Counted from the stretch's first letter, positions 48,532 through 57,024 are shown. The stretch: 64,000 bases of DNA from an uncultured Candidatus Rokubacteria bacterium (GCA_963762145.1 CAVXJS010000021.1:672001-736000), one strand, 5' to 3'. The notes: a model not told the origin generated them from the sequence alone. Translations and numbers: made by a program.

Positions 48532-48613
48532 CCCCCTCACCCTGCCCTCTCCCCCTGCGGGGGCGAGGGTTCTCGAAACCCTCTCCCCGCAGGGGAGAGG
48601 GCAGGGTGAGGGG
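48532..48613. repeat. Repeat family A, inverted doublet
   Basis: CCCCCTCACCCTGCCCTCTCCCCC...GGGGAGAGGGCAGGGTGAGGGG, between divergent genes. Confidence 0.85.
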
Positions 48614-48661
48614 CTCCTGGGGTACACTGACGGTCTCGGCCCCGAGCCGGGAGGAGGCATC

Positions 48662-49171
48662 ATGAGCCAGACAGCCAGCCAGGTCGATCAGGTCCGCGGA
48701 CGCGCGGTGGTCATGCAGCCGGAAGACGGTCCGTCCTACTGGCAGCCCGTCCCCGCCAACGGCCACGCCGATCCCAAGCTCTACCCCGCCCGCACCGGGT
48801 TCGCCGGGCATTCGATGGGCTTTCAGACCATCGCCCCCGGCAGCCGCGTGCGCGAGCACTCGCACGGCGACCAGGTCGAGCTGCAGATCTGCTTCCGCGG
48901 CAAGGGCCGCGTGGTGGTGGACGGCCAGAGCCACCCGCTCGTCCCCGGCACCGCCTGCTTCCTCGGCTACGACGTCAAGCACGAGCTCATCAACGAGAGC
49001 GCCCAGGACGACCTGGTGATGCTGTGGGTCATCACGCCGCCCGGCCTCGAGCACTTCTTCGAGGCCATCGGCCGGCCCCGCTCGCCGGGCGATCCCGCGC
49101 CCGCGCCGTTCGAGCGGCCGACCGACGTGATCGCCATCGAGCGTCGCCTGGGGATGAACGACACCAAGTAG
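48662..49171 (+). CDS. Cupin domain protein
   Basis: APG..VREHSH..Q.E.....G.G, KH...N, PPGLE.FF. SD GGAGG. Confidence 0.88.
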   Translation: MSQTASQVDQVRGRAVVMQPEDGPSYWQPVPANGHADPKLYPARTGFAGHSMGFQTIAPGSRVREHSHGDQVELQICFRGKGRVVVDGQSHPLVPGTACFLGYDVKHELINESAQDDLVMLWVITPPGLEHFFEAIGRPRSPGDPAPAPFERPTDVIAIERRLGMNDTK

Positions 49172-49178
49172 ACGCTTC

Positions 49179-49979
49179 ATGCCGCACGTCTCCATCGGCG
49201 ACGCCGACATCTACTACGAGGAACAAGGCCAGGGCCCTGTCCTGATGCTGGTCCCCGGCCTGGGCGGCCAGGGCGCCTTCTGGGCTCCCCAGGTGCGCGA
49301 CTTCGCCCGCGACTTCCGCGTGATCGTGCACGATCACCGAGGCGCGGGCCGTAGCACCCACTCGCGCATCCAGTACTCGGTGGACCAGATGGCCGCCGAC
49401 ACCATCCAGCTGATGGATCGTCTGAGAGTCGACACGGCCCACTTCGTCGGCCACTCGACCGGCGGCGCCATCGGCCAGACCATCGCCCAGGACCACCCGG
49501 GCCGCATCCGGAGCCTGGTGCTGAGCGCGACCTGGGCCGGGCCGGACGCGTACTTCCGCCGCTGCTTCGAGACCCGCAAGGAGCTGCTGCTCCACCGCGG
49601 CTTCGAGAGCTACTGGCGCGCGTCGGTGGTGATGCTGCGGCCGCCGCAGTGGATCAGCGAGCACGACGCGCTGCTGGAAGAGGAGATGAAGCGCCTGGCC
49701 GCGGCGCCGCCCCCGACCGAGGTGCTGGCCAGCCGCATCGACGCCATCGTGCGCTTCGACCGGCGCGCGCGCCTGGGTGAGATCCGCTGCCCCACCCTCG
49801 TGGTGGTGGCGGGCGACGACGCGCTGACTCCCGCGTTCTACTCGGAAGAGCTCGCGGCCCGGATCCCCGGCGCCAAGCTCGCGGTGCTCCGCACCGGCGG
49901 CCACTTCGCGCCCGTGCTGGTGCCCGAGGAGTACAACGCGGCGGTGGGCGGCTTCCTGCGCGACCAGCTCCGCTCGTGA
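49179..49979 (+). CDS. Alpha/beta hydrolase (RutD aminoacrylate hydrolase-like)
   Basis: GLGG...FW.PQ, DHRG.GRS, GHSTGG, DD..TP, GGH. Confidence 0.88.
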   Translation: MPHVSIGDADIYYEEQGQGPVLMLVPGLGGQGAFWAPQVRDFARDFRVIVHDHRGAGRSTHSRIQYSVDQMAADTIQLMDRLRVDTAHFVGHSTGGAIGQTIAQDHPGRIRSLVLSATWAGPDAYFRRCFETRKELLLHRGFESYWRASVVMLRPPQWISEHDALLEEEMKRLAAAPPPTEVLASRIDAIVRFDRRARLGEIRCPTLVVVAGDDALTPAFYSEELAARIPGAKLAVLRTGGHFAPVLVPEEYNAAVGGFLRDQLRS

Positions 49980-50977
49980 CCGTGGCCGAAGCCACCAGCA
50001 GGCTTGCCCTCGTGCTGGTGTTCATTCTCGCCATTCTCATCGCGCCGCTCCCCGCCGACGCACAGGCAGAGGGGAAGATCGTGCGGATCGGCCGGCTCTC
50101 GCCGCTCTCGGCCGATGTCGATTCGCTCTATCTGGACCCATTCCGGAAGGGCCTGATCGAGCTGGGCTGGATCGATGGCAAGACGTTCACCATCGAGAGC
50201 CGGTACGCGGGCGGCCGGTCCGAGCGCCTCACCGAGCTGGCCGCGGAGCTCGTCCGGCAGCGCATGGATCTCATCCTCACCGGCTCGAACCAGGGCGCGC
50301 TCGCGGCCAAGAAGGCGACCAGCACCATTCCGATCGTGATGGTGACCACGGGCGATCCGGTCGCCGACGGGGTCGTCATGAGCCTCGCCCGGCCCGGCGG
50401 CAACATCACCGGGGTGACCGCGCTCGGCCAGAGCCTGAACGCGAAGCGGCTGGAGCTCATCAAGGAGGCCGTGCCGGGTGTCACCCGGGTGGCGATCCTG
50501 ACGAACCCCGACTCCCCGTACACGCCGCCGCTGTTGCGGGAAAGGAACGAGACGGCTCGAAGGCTGGGGCTCCAGCTCCCGATCCTGGAGGCCCGCGACC
50601 TCGGCACCCTCGAAAAAGCGTTCGCCGCGCTCGCCACCGAGCGGGCCGGCGCGCTCCTCGTGCAGACGGATATCCTGTTCGTCACGCACCGGCGGCGGAT
50701 CGTCGAGCTTGCGGCCAGGAGCCGCGTGCCCACGGTCTACGGGGACCGCGAGTCCGTCGAGGCCGGCGGCCTCATGTTCTATGGCGCCAGCCTGCCCAGC
50801 ATGTACCGGGACGCCGCCGGCTACGCCGACCGGATCCTGAAAGGGGCCAAGCCCGCCGACCTCCCGGTCAAGCAGCCGACCACCCTCGAGCTGTTCATCA
50901 ACCTCAAGACCGCGAAGGCCCTCGGCCTGATCATCCCGCCGTCGGTGATCGGGCGAGCCGACTACCTGGTGGAGTGA
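49976..50977 (+). CDS. ABC transporter substrate-binding protein (ABC_sub_bind type)
   Basis: GL.ELGW..G, IPIVM, SLARPGGNITG, GAKPADLPV.QPT..EL.INLKTAKALG. Confidence 0.93.
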   Translation: MTVAEATSRLALVLVFILAILIAPLPADAQAEGKIVRIGRLSPLSADVDSLYLDPFRKGLIELGWIDGKTFTIESRYAGGRSERLTELAAELVRQRMDLILTGSNQGALAAKKATSTIPIVMVTTGDPVADGVVMSLARPGGNITGVTALGQSLNAKRLELIKEAVPGVTRVAILTNPDSPYTPPLLRERNETARRLGLQLPILEARDLGTLEKAFAALATERAGALLVQTDILFVTHRRRIVELAARSRVPTVYGDRESVEAGGLMFYGASLPSMYRDAAGYADRILKGAKPADLPVKQPTTLELFINLKTAKALGLIIPPSVIGRADYLVE

Positions 50978-51138
50978 TGGGCCGCGCGCGCCCGTTCGCG
51001 CGGCCGGACATTGCGAGAGTCTTCTGGGGCGAGCCGGCCTACGTGACGACGACGGGGAGCGGCCGCACGATCCGCATGACCGCGCTCACCTATCATCGCA
51101 AGACGGCGCGCCGGCGGGCGAAGACGCGATCGGCATGA
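50977..51138 (+). CDS. 53-aa ORF, probable internally deleted DUF1801-like remnant (not in ORF track)
   Basis: MGRARPFARPDIARVFWGEPAYVTTTGSGRTIRMTALTYHRKTARRRAKTRSA. TGATG overlap upstream and ATGA overlap downstream. Confidence 0.55.
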   Translation: MGRARPFARPDIARVFWGEPAYVTTTGSGRTIRMTALTYHRKTARRRAKTRSA

Positions 51139-51482
51139 CCGCCGAGCGGACCGTGCTCGAGCGCACCTACGCCGCCTTCAACGCGCGCGACATCGCCACG
51201 GTCCTGGCCGTGATGCATCCCGACGTGATCTGGCCCAACGGCATGGAAGGCGGCACGATGGTCGGCCACGCCGCCGTCCGCGCCTACTGGACGCGCCAGT
51301 GGGCCGTCGTCGATCCGCGCGTGGAGCCGCGCGGCTTCGCCGTCGAGGCGGACGGGCGGGTCGCGGTGACCGTGCGTCAGCTCGTGCGCGATCTGGCCGG
51401 CGCCGTCCTCAAGGAGGCCACCGTCGAGCACGTCTACGCGTTCGAGGACGGCCTGATCAAGTCCATGGAGATCCGCGCGTGA
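51135..51482 (+). CDS. NTF2/SnoaL-like protein
   Basis: Y.AFNARD, MHPDV.WPNGMEGG...GH.AVR.YW.RQW, V.HVY...DGLI..M. Confidence 0.9.
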   Translation: MTAERTVLERTYAAFNARDIATVLAVMHPDVIWPNGMEGGTMVGHAAVRAYWTRQWAVVDPRVEPRGFAVEADGRVAVTVRQLVRDLAGAVLKEATVEHVYAFEDGLIKSMEIRA

Positions 51483-51958
51483 TCCGCATCGCGAGCCTGG
51501 GCCTGGCGCTCCTGCTGGGCCTGCCCCTCTCGGCCGCGACGCTCGAGGCCGATCCGGCGCTCGCCCGCCTGGCCGAGCAGAGCGGCTGCGCCGGCCGGCC
51601 GCTTCACTACGCGGCGGGCTACTTCTCGCCGGCGGATCGGGACAGCGGCATCTTCTGGTGCCGGCGCGACGAGCGGCACGCGGAGGACGGCCGCGTCGTC
51701 ATCGTGGTGGTGGACCGGCATCAGACGCGGCGCCTCGAGTGCCCGAACGTGATCGTCGCCATCAACGAGCCGGCCGCGCTCCGGGTGCTGCACGACGCTA
51801 GGCTGCCGCTGACCGCGTTCGTCGTCCGGCACGAGCCGTGGCGCACGGGACCCGCGGGCCAGGTCACCACCGGGCCCGTCGTGGACGCGGCGGACGGCGC
51901 CGTCGGCGAGCAATGGGTCTGTCACCAGGGCGCGTGGCTGGTCCGCGTCCACCACTGA
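51479..51958 (+). CDS. Secreted hypothetical protein (4 Cys)
   Basis: GTGA overlap. Signal MIRIASLGLALLLGLPLSAA. Confidence 0.6.
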   Translation: MIRIASLGLALLLGLPLSAATLEADPALARLAEQSGCAGRPLHYAAGYFSPADRDSGIFWCRRDERHAEDGRVVIVVVDRHQTRRLECPNVIVAINEPAALRVLHDARLPLTAFVVRHEPWRTGPAGQVTTGPVVDAADGAVGEQWVCHQGAWLVRVHH

Positions 51959-51972
51959 CGCGCGGAGGCATC

Positions 51973-52410
51973 ATGCGGCTCCAGAGCTTCTACCCGATCG
52001 TGGTCACCGAGCACCTCACCGCCTGCCGCGACTTCTATCGTCGCTGGTTCGGGCTCGAGGTGGTCTTCGAGGCGACCTGGTTCGTCCTCCTGACCGCGGG
52101 CGAGTCGGGCCCGGCCAGCCTCGCGTTCATGCACCCGAGACACCCGTCCGCGCCGCCCGGGCCTGAGCAATTCACCGGCCAGGGCATGTGTCTCGAGTTC
52201 CAGGTCGAGGACGCACGGGCCGAGCACGAGCGCCTCGCGCGCGAGGGCGCCCCGATCACCCTGTCGCTCCGGGACGAGCCCTTCGGCCAGCGGCGCTTCG
52301 GCCTCTTCGACCCGGCCGGCGTGTGGATCGACGTCGTCGAGCAGATCGAGCCCGCCACGGGCTGGTGGGATCAATACCTCGTGCCCGACCCTCGACCCGA
52401 CTCCCGGTGA
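51973..52410 (+). CDS. VOC/glyoxalase family protein
   Basis: SD GGAGG. RDFY...FG, F.VED, L.DEPFGQRRF...DP.G..IDV. Confidence 0.9.
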   Translation: MRLQSFYPIVVTEHLTACRDFYRRWFGLEVVFEATWFVLLTAGESGPASLAFMHPRHPSAPPGPEQFTGQGMCLEFQVEDARAEHERLAREGAPITLSLRDEPFGQRRFGLFDPAGVWIDVVEQIEPATGWWDQYLVPDPRPDSR

Positions 52411-52425
52411 GACCGCTGGTCGCGG

Positions 52426-52872
52426 TCAGTGAGAAGCACCGCTTTCGAGCATCAGGCTGCTGAGCACATCGCCGCGGCTCACGATGCCGGCCAGGATGAC
52501 CTTCCGGCCCCGGCCGTCGACGACCGGAAGACTGCGTAGCCTGGACGAGAGCATGTGGTCTATCGCGGTAGCCACCGAGTCATCGGGCGCGAGCGTCACG
52601 ACCCGACGCCTCATGATGTCATCGACGTGTTCTGCCCACAGAACACTCAGCTCGGGGAGAAGACGTTGCGGGCCATGACGGACGACGCGTAGCAGATCGA
52701 GCTTGGTGACGATGCCGAGCAGGGCGTCTGCCTCATCGACGACCGGAAAGGCGTTGAACCCGTACGAGAGGAACAGGTGTTGAAGAGTGCGCACGGATGT
52801 CTTGGGCGTGACGGTCCGTGGCCGGGTCGTCATGATGTCTCGTATCATCACCGGCGCGATGTGCCTAACCAT
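52426..52872 (-). CDS. CBS-pair domain protein
   Basis: IRDIMT, FPVVD...L.GIVT..DL, V.DIM, LPVVD...GIVSR.DV. Confidence 0.9.
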   Translation of the reverse strand: MVRHIAPVMIRDIMTTRPRTVTPKTSVRTLQHLFLSYGFNAFPVVDEADALLGIVTKLDLLRVVRHGPQRLLPELSVLWAEHVDDIMRRRVVTLAPDDSVATAIDHMLSSRLRSLPVVDGRGRKVILAGIVSRGDVLSSLMLESGASH

Positions 52873-54610
52873 GGGCCCCTCCTCGGTGAAACAGCTCGGC
52901 TCGGATCCGCGCCCGTTCCTCGTCCAGCTGATCGGGAGTCGCTCCAAGCCGTCGCAGAATGCTGTCGGTCATCGCCAGCACGACTTCCCCTTCTCCCGAG
53001 ACGACCTCGTTGGCGCCAACCTCGAGCAAGGACGCTGACTGGCCCAAGTAGTCGGCTCGCGCGACGACGTGGATCCTGGGATTGATCCGGCGCGCGGCCC
53101 GGATGACCTCGGCGGCCCCCGCGGATCCCGACGCACTCAGGATGATGGTCTGGGCACTGGCGACGCCGGCCTGCTCGAGGACGTTCGTTTGATTCGCGTC
53201 GCCGTAAACCGCGCGCTGGCCTTGAGCGCGAAGGCTGCGAAAGGTCTCGATATTCATCTCGATGATGGTTGGCTCGATTCCCCGCTCTCGCAAGAGCCTG
53301 GCTATCGTTTGCCCGATCGGGCCGTGGCCGACCACGACGGCTTGGTAGGCCGGTGTCGGGTGGGTCTCGGTCGCGGCCGTCGAGGTCTCGGCATGCGCGC
53401 CTCGGTTGAGCAGGCGCCACAGCCTCGGGTGTCGCGCCAGGAATGCCTCCATCGAGCCGAGACTCCGATACAGGATCGGGTTGAGCATGATGGACACGAT
53501 GGCGGCGGTGACAATAGGATTGATCGCCGCATCCGGGAGAACTCCAAGCTCCTTGCCCAGGACGGCCAAGAGGAAGGAGAACTCACCGATCTGGGCGAGC
53601 GCGATGGCCACTCCCAGCCCGATGCGAGAGCGGTATCCGAGCAGCGCGACGATGATCATCGCGGCGAGCGGCTTGCCGATCATGACGATCGAGAGGGTGG
53701 CGAGAATCAGCAAGGGCGCGGTCATGATCTGCCAAGGATCCAACAGCATTCCCACCGAAAGGAAGAACATCACCGCGAAGGCGTCCCGCATCGGGAGTGC
53801 CTCCGCCCCGGCCCGGGCGCTGAACTCGGACTGTCCGACGACCATGCCGGCCAGGAACGCGCCCAGGGCCATCGACACGCCAAAGAAATACGTGGACGCG
53901 ACGGCGATGCCCAGGGCGATCGCGAGCACGCTCAACGTGAAGAGCTCCCGGGAGTGCGTCTCGGCGATCTTGTTCAGGAACCAGGGAATGACGCGGCCGC
54001 CCGCAACCAGGGTGAAGGCGACGAACGCCGCCAGCTTCAGGATGGCCGAAGCGACTGCGATCGGCACGCTCGCAGTGTGATCTGCGCCCGAAGCGACGGA
54101 GACCACGGGGAGGAGCACCAGGACCAGCACGGTGAAGATGTCCTCCACCACCAGCCAGCCGATCGCGATGCGTCCCGTCGGACTCAGCAGGGCGTCGTTA
54201 TCGACGAGCACGCGCGTGAGCACGACGGTACTCGCGACCGAGAGCGCCAACCCGAAGACGATTCCCGCCGACCAGCTCCAGCCGAATGCGATCGCCGCCG
54301 CCGCTCCCAGCAGGGTCGCGACCGTGCTCTGGCAGATCGCGCCCGCGATCGCGACGGTTCGTACCGCGAGCAGGTCCTTCAGGTGAAAGTGCAGACCGAC
54401 GCCGAACATCAGCAAGATCACGCCCACTTCCGCCAGCTGATCGGCGAGGTGCTTGTCGGCCACGAACCCGGGGGTGTACGGCCCGACGAGAACGCCGGCC
54501 AGCAGGTATCCGACAATGGGAGACCAGCCGAGGCGGTGGGTGACGTAGCCGAAGGTCAGCGCTCCGATGAATCCGGCGGCCAACGTGAGGATCAGAGCAA
54601 GATTGTCCAC
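52865..54610 (-). CDS. CPA2 cation:proton antiporter with TrkA-N/RCK domain (YbaL/RosB-like)
   Basis: VGYLLAG..VGP.TPG, GVILLMF.VGL, S.ASTVV, GWLVVED, LGAF.AG, QIGEFSF, VVGHG.IG, YGDA. Confidence 0.93.
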   Translation of the reverse strand: MDNLALILTLAAGFIGALTFGYVTHRLGWSPIVGYLLAGVLVGPYTPGFVADKHLADQLAEVGVILLMFGVGLHFHLKDLLAVRTVAIAGAICQSTVATLLGAAAAIAFGWSWSAGIVFGLALSVASTVVLTRVLVDNDALLSPTGRIAIGWLVVEDIFTVLVLVLLPVVSVASGADHTASVPIAVASAILKLAAFVAFTLVAGGRVIPWFLNKIAETHSRELFTLSVLAIALGIAVASTYFFGVSMALGAFLAGMVVGQSEFSARAGAEALPMRDAFAVMFFLSVGMLLDPWQIMTAPLLILATLSIVMIGKPLAAMIIVALLGYRSRIGLGVAIALAQIGEFSFLLAVLGKELGVLPDAAINPIVTAAIVSIMLNPILYRSLGSMEAFLARHPRLWRLLNRGAHAETSTAATETHPTPAYQAVVVGHGPIGQTIARLLRERGIEPTIIEMNIETFRSLRAQGQRAVYGDANQTNVLEQAGVASAQTIILSASGSAGAAEVIRAARRINPRIHVVARADYLGQSASLLEVGANEVVSGEGEVVLAMTDSILRRLGATPDQLDEERARIRAELFHRGGAHG

Positions 54611-54709
54611 CCCTATTCACCTCGGCTCAGCAGTCGGGTCAGGAAGGTCACGGGCTCCAGACGGCGGACTTCTGCCGCTGGACTACACCGGAGCAGAAGC
54701 GGCCAGCCG

Positions 54710-55024
54710 CTAGGCGGGAAGCGGCGGGTCAGCTTCGGAAGTCAGCGCTTCGGATTCGTCCTGCGGATTCCGGAAGGGGACAAAGGTGCGAGGAGACGTG
54801 GCCGCTCGGCGCAGCGCCGCCGCACGCGGCATCGGAGCCGCCTGCGCGATGGCCGGGAACCGATGGGGGGCCGCAGGCAGCTGGACAGAGGCGGTCTGAA
54901 TCGACACACGCCGTGCAATCTCGAGAGATTGTCCGGGGTCGAATTGGAACGCCCCCGGCGACAGGGGCATGGCCAGATCACACAGGAACAGTATGGCGAC
55001 CAGCGCCCACACTCGATTCATCAC
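54710..55024 (-). CDS. Small secreted or membrane-anchored protein, candidate leader ORF of the antiporter operon
   Basis: Hydrophobic N-terminus, D..MP..PGAF.FDP..S.E segment, A/P/R-rich linker, DPPLPA end. TGnTACCAT 6 nt before the start. Confidence 0.55.
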   Translation of the reverse strand: MMNRVWALVAILFLCDLAMPLSPGAFQFDPGQSLEIARRVSIQTASVQLPAAPHRFPAIAQAAPMPRAAALRRAATSPRTFVPFRNPQDESEALTSEADPPLPA

Positions 55025-55076
55025 GGGCCCATGGTAGCAAGCTCACCGGACACCCACAACCCGGCGCTCCTTCCGC

Positions 55077-55820
55077 TCAGCCGGCTGACGTCGTCGCGAG
55101 GATCCGCTTCTCGTAGAGCGCGGCCAGGATCTCGTCCACGCACGCGGCCGCCCAGAGGTCGAAGAACGGGCCGGCCTGCATGGCCGCGAACTCCCGCATC
55201 CCGCGGTCCCGCCCCTGCTCCTCCGTCTCGGCCCCGCGCGCGGCCTGCTGGTGGGCGCGCACCGGATCCTTGTGGTAGATGGCCGGGTACTCCATGTAGC
55301 GGTGGAGCTCCTGGAGATCCTTGGTGTAGACCGCCACCACCGGCACCGAGGCCCACTCCGCGCCGTTCCTGGCGTTCAGGAACTCGAGCATGAGGTCGTG
55401 GTTGCCGTCCGGCGCGCCGGCCGGATCCGGACGCCGCGTGCCCAGGACCTTCCGGCCGTCGCGGTTGAAGATGCGCAGCTCGAGGCCGCCCGCCTCGGCC
55501 AGCCGCGCGAGCCACGGCAGGTCGCGGCGGCAGTCGGACGACCAGTCCTCCGAGATCACCAGGATCTTCGCGGGGCCGCCCGGCTGGGCCGCCAGCCACT
55601 TGATCGCGGAGGCCTGGTAGTCGTGGAGGCGCGCCCGCGCGTAGCGTTCGCGGAACACCGCGCTGTTGTCCTTGCGCGGGGCGGGCTTGGCCCCGCCGTC
55701 CGGGAAGTAGCTGCCGAACGCCTCGCGGGCGAGATTCTCCGCGCTGCCGACATAGGTCACGTACTCGTCGAAGGTCCTGCCCTTGGCGAACCGCTCGGGC
55801 GTCACCGCGCTCTTGGCCAT
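55077..55820 (-). CDS. Thioredoxin-fold protein with SxxC motif
   Basis: SD AGGAGGAG. G.TFDEY, ILVISEDWSSDCRRDLP, ELRIF.RD, SVP cis-Pro loop. Confidence 0.82.
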   Translation of the reverse strand: MAKSAVTPERFAKGRTFDEYVTYVGSAENLAREAFGSYFPDGGAKPAPRKDNSAVFRERYARARLHDYQASAIKWLAAQPGGPAKILVISEDWSSDCRRDLPWLARLAEAGGLELRIFNRDGRKVLGTRRPDPAGAPDGNHDLMLEFLNARNGAEWASVPVVAVYTKDLQELHRYMEYPAIYHKDPVRAHQQAARGAETEEQGRDRGMREFAAMQAGPFFDLWAAACVDEILAALYEKRILATTSAG

Positions 55821-55872
55821 CTCCTCCTCCTGGGCTCGGATGCTATGCTCACCAACCGAGAGGAGAATATAC

Positions 55873-56115
55873 ATGCTGGAGCTGCGGCCGGGCTGTGAAT
55901 GCTGCGATCGGGATCTGCCGCCGGGCGCGGAGGACGCGCGCATCTGCTCCTTCGAGTGCACCTTCTGTCGCGCCTGCGCGGAGACCGTGCTCCACGGCCG
56001 CTGTCCCAATTGCGGCGGCGAGCTGGTGCCGCGCCCCCGCCGGCCCGCGGACAAGCTCGCGAAGTTCCCGGCCTCCGCCGCGCGCGTACACAAGCCCGCG
56101 GGCCGCGCCCGCTGA
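55873..56115 (+). CDS. DUF1272 domain protein
   Basis: MLELRP.CECCDRDLP, ICSFECTFC..C, CPNCGGELV.RP.RP. Confidence 0.93.
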   Translation: MLELRPGCECCDRDLPPGAEDARICSFECTFCRACAETVLHGRCPNCGGELVPRPRRPADKLAKFPASAARVHKPAGRAR

Positions 56116-56121
56116 GGCGCG

Positions 56122-57024
56122 ATGCCCGCCCGCGTGCTGCACGTCGACGCCTTCGCGCCGCGGCCCGGCATGGGCAATCCCGCCGGCGTCGTGCTCGACG
56201 CGGACGGGCTCTCCGACGCGACCATGCAGGCGATCGCGCAGGCGGTCGGCTTCAACGAGACCGCCTTCGTGCTGCGGTCGACCCGGGCCGACCTGCGGCT
56301 GCGCTACTTCACGCCCGGCCACGAGGTGGACCTCTGCGGCCACGCCACCGTGGGCTCCTTCGTGGCGCTCCACCAGCACGGCCGGCTGCCCGGCGGCGGA
56401 TTCCCGCGGCGCCTCACGCTCGAGACGCGCGCCGGACTCCTGCCGGTCACGGTGGAGCTGGGCGGCGCGGGCGAGCCGGTCGTGATCATGGCCCAGGCGC
56501 CCGCCCAGTTCGAATCCTTCGCGGGTGATCCCGCCGCGCTCGCGCGCGTGCTCGGCATCGCGCCGGACGATCTGCGCGCCGACCTGCCGATCCTCTACGG
56601 CAGCACCGGCCTCTGGACCCTGGTGGTGCCGGTGCAGGGGCTCGGCGCGATCCGGCGCATGAGGCCGCTCACCGCCGACTTCCCCTCGGTGCTCACCGAG
56701 CGGCCCGGCGCGTCCATCCACCCGTTCTGCCTCGAGACCATCGACCCGGACGCGCACATGCACGCGCGCCACTTCTCCTCGCCGCGGTCGGGCACCGTGG
56801 AGGATCCGGTCACCGGCACCGCCTCCGGCGTGCTCGGCGCGTACCATCGCGAGTTCATCGCGGACGAGGGGCCCTCGCCGCTGGTGGTCGAGCAGGGGCA
56901 GGAGATCGGCCGCGACGGGCGCGTGCGGGTCTGGGTGGCGCGGCGCGACGGCCGGTGCCACGTGCGCGTCGGCGGCACGGGCTGCTTCGTGCGCGAGCTG
57001 GCCATCGAGGTGGCGCATGCCTGA
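56122..57024 (+). CDS. PhzF family isomerase
   Basis: VDAF, GNPAGVV, NETAFV, RYFTP..EVDLCGHAT, EDPVTGTA, EQG..IGR. Confidence 0.94.
   Translation: MPARVLHVDAFAPRPGMGNPAGVVLDADGLSDATMQAIAQAVGFNETAFVLRSTRADLRLRYFTPGHEVDLCGHATVGSFVALHQHGRLPGGGFPRRLTLETRAGLLPVTVELGGAGEPVVIMAQAPAQFESFAGDPAALARVLGIAPDDLRADLPILYGSTGLWTLVVPVQGLGAIRRMRPLTADFPSVLTERPGASIHPFCLETIDPDAHMHARHFSSPRSGTVEDPVTGTASGVLGAYHREFIADEGPSPLVVEQGQEIGRDGRVRVWVARRDGRCHVRVGGTGCFVRELAIEVAHA

Noticed and set aside
4719-48613. Repeats as a CRISPR array or integron attC sites
   Set aside because: They are dispersed with no regular spacers, there is no cas or intI gene, and no RYYYAAC/GTTRRRY ends.
54613-54651. 12-codon ORF MTFLTRLLSRGE before the antiporter
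   Set aside because: GGAG is only 3 nt from the GTG, and the ORF is too short to support without conservation data.
55530-55545. Selenocysteine in the thioredoxin motif
   Set aside because: The codon is TCG, not TGA.
56122-57024. PhzF as part of a phenazine cluster
   Set aside because: No other phz genes are present, and stand-alone PhzF homologs are common.
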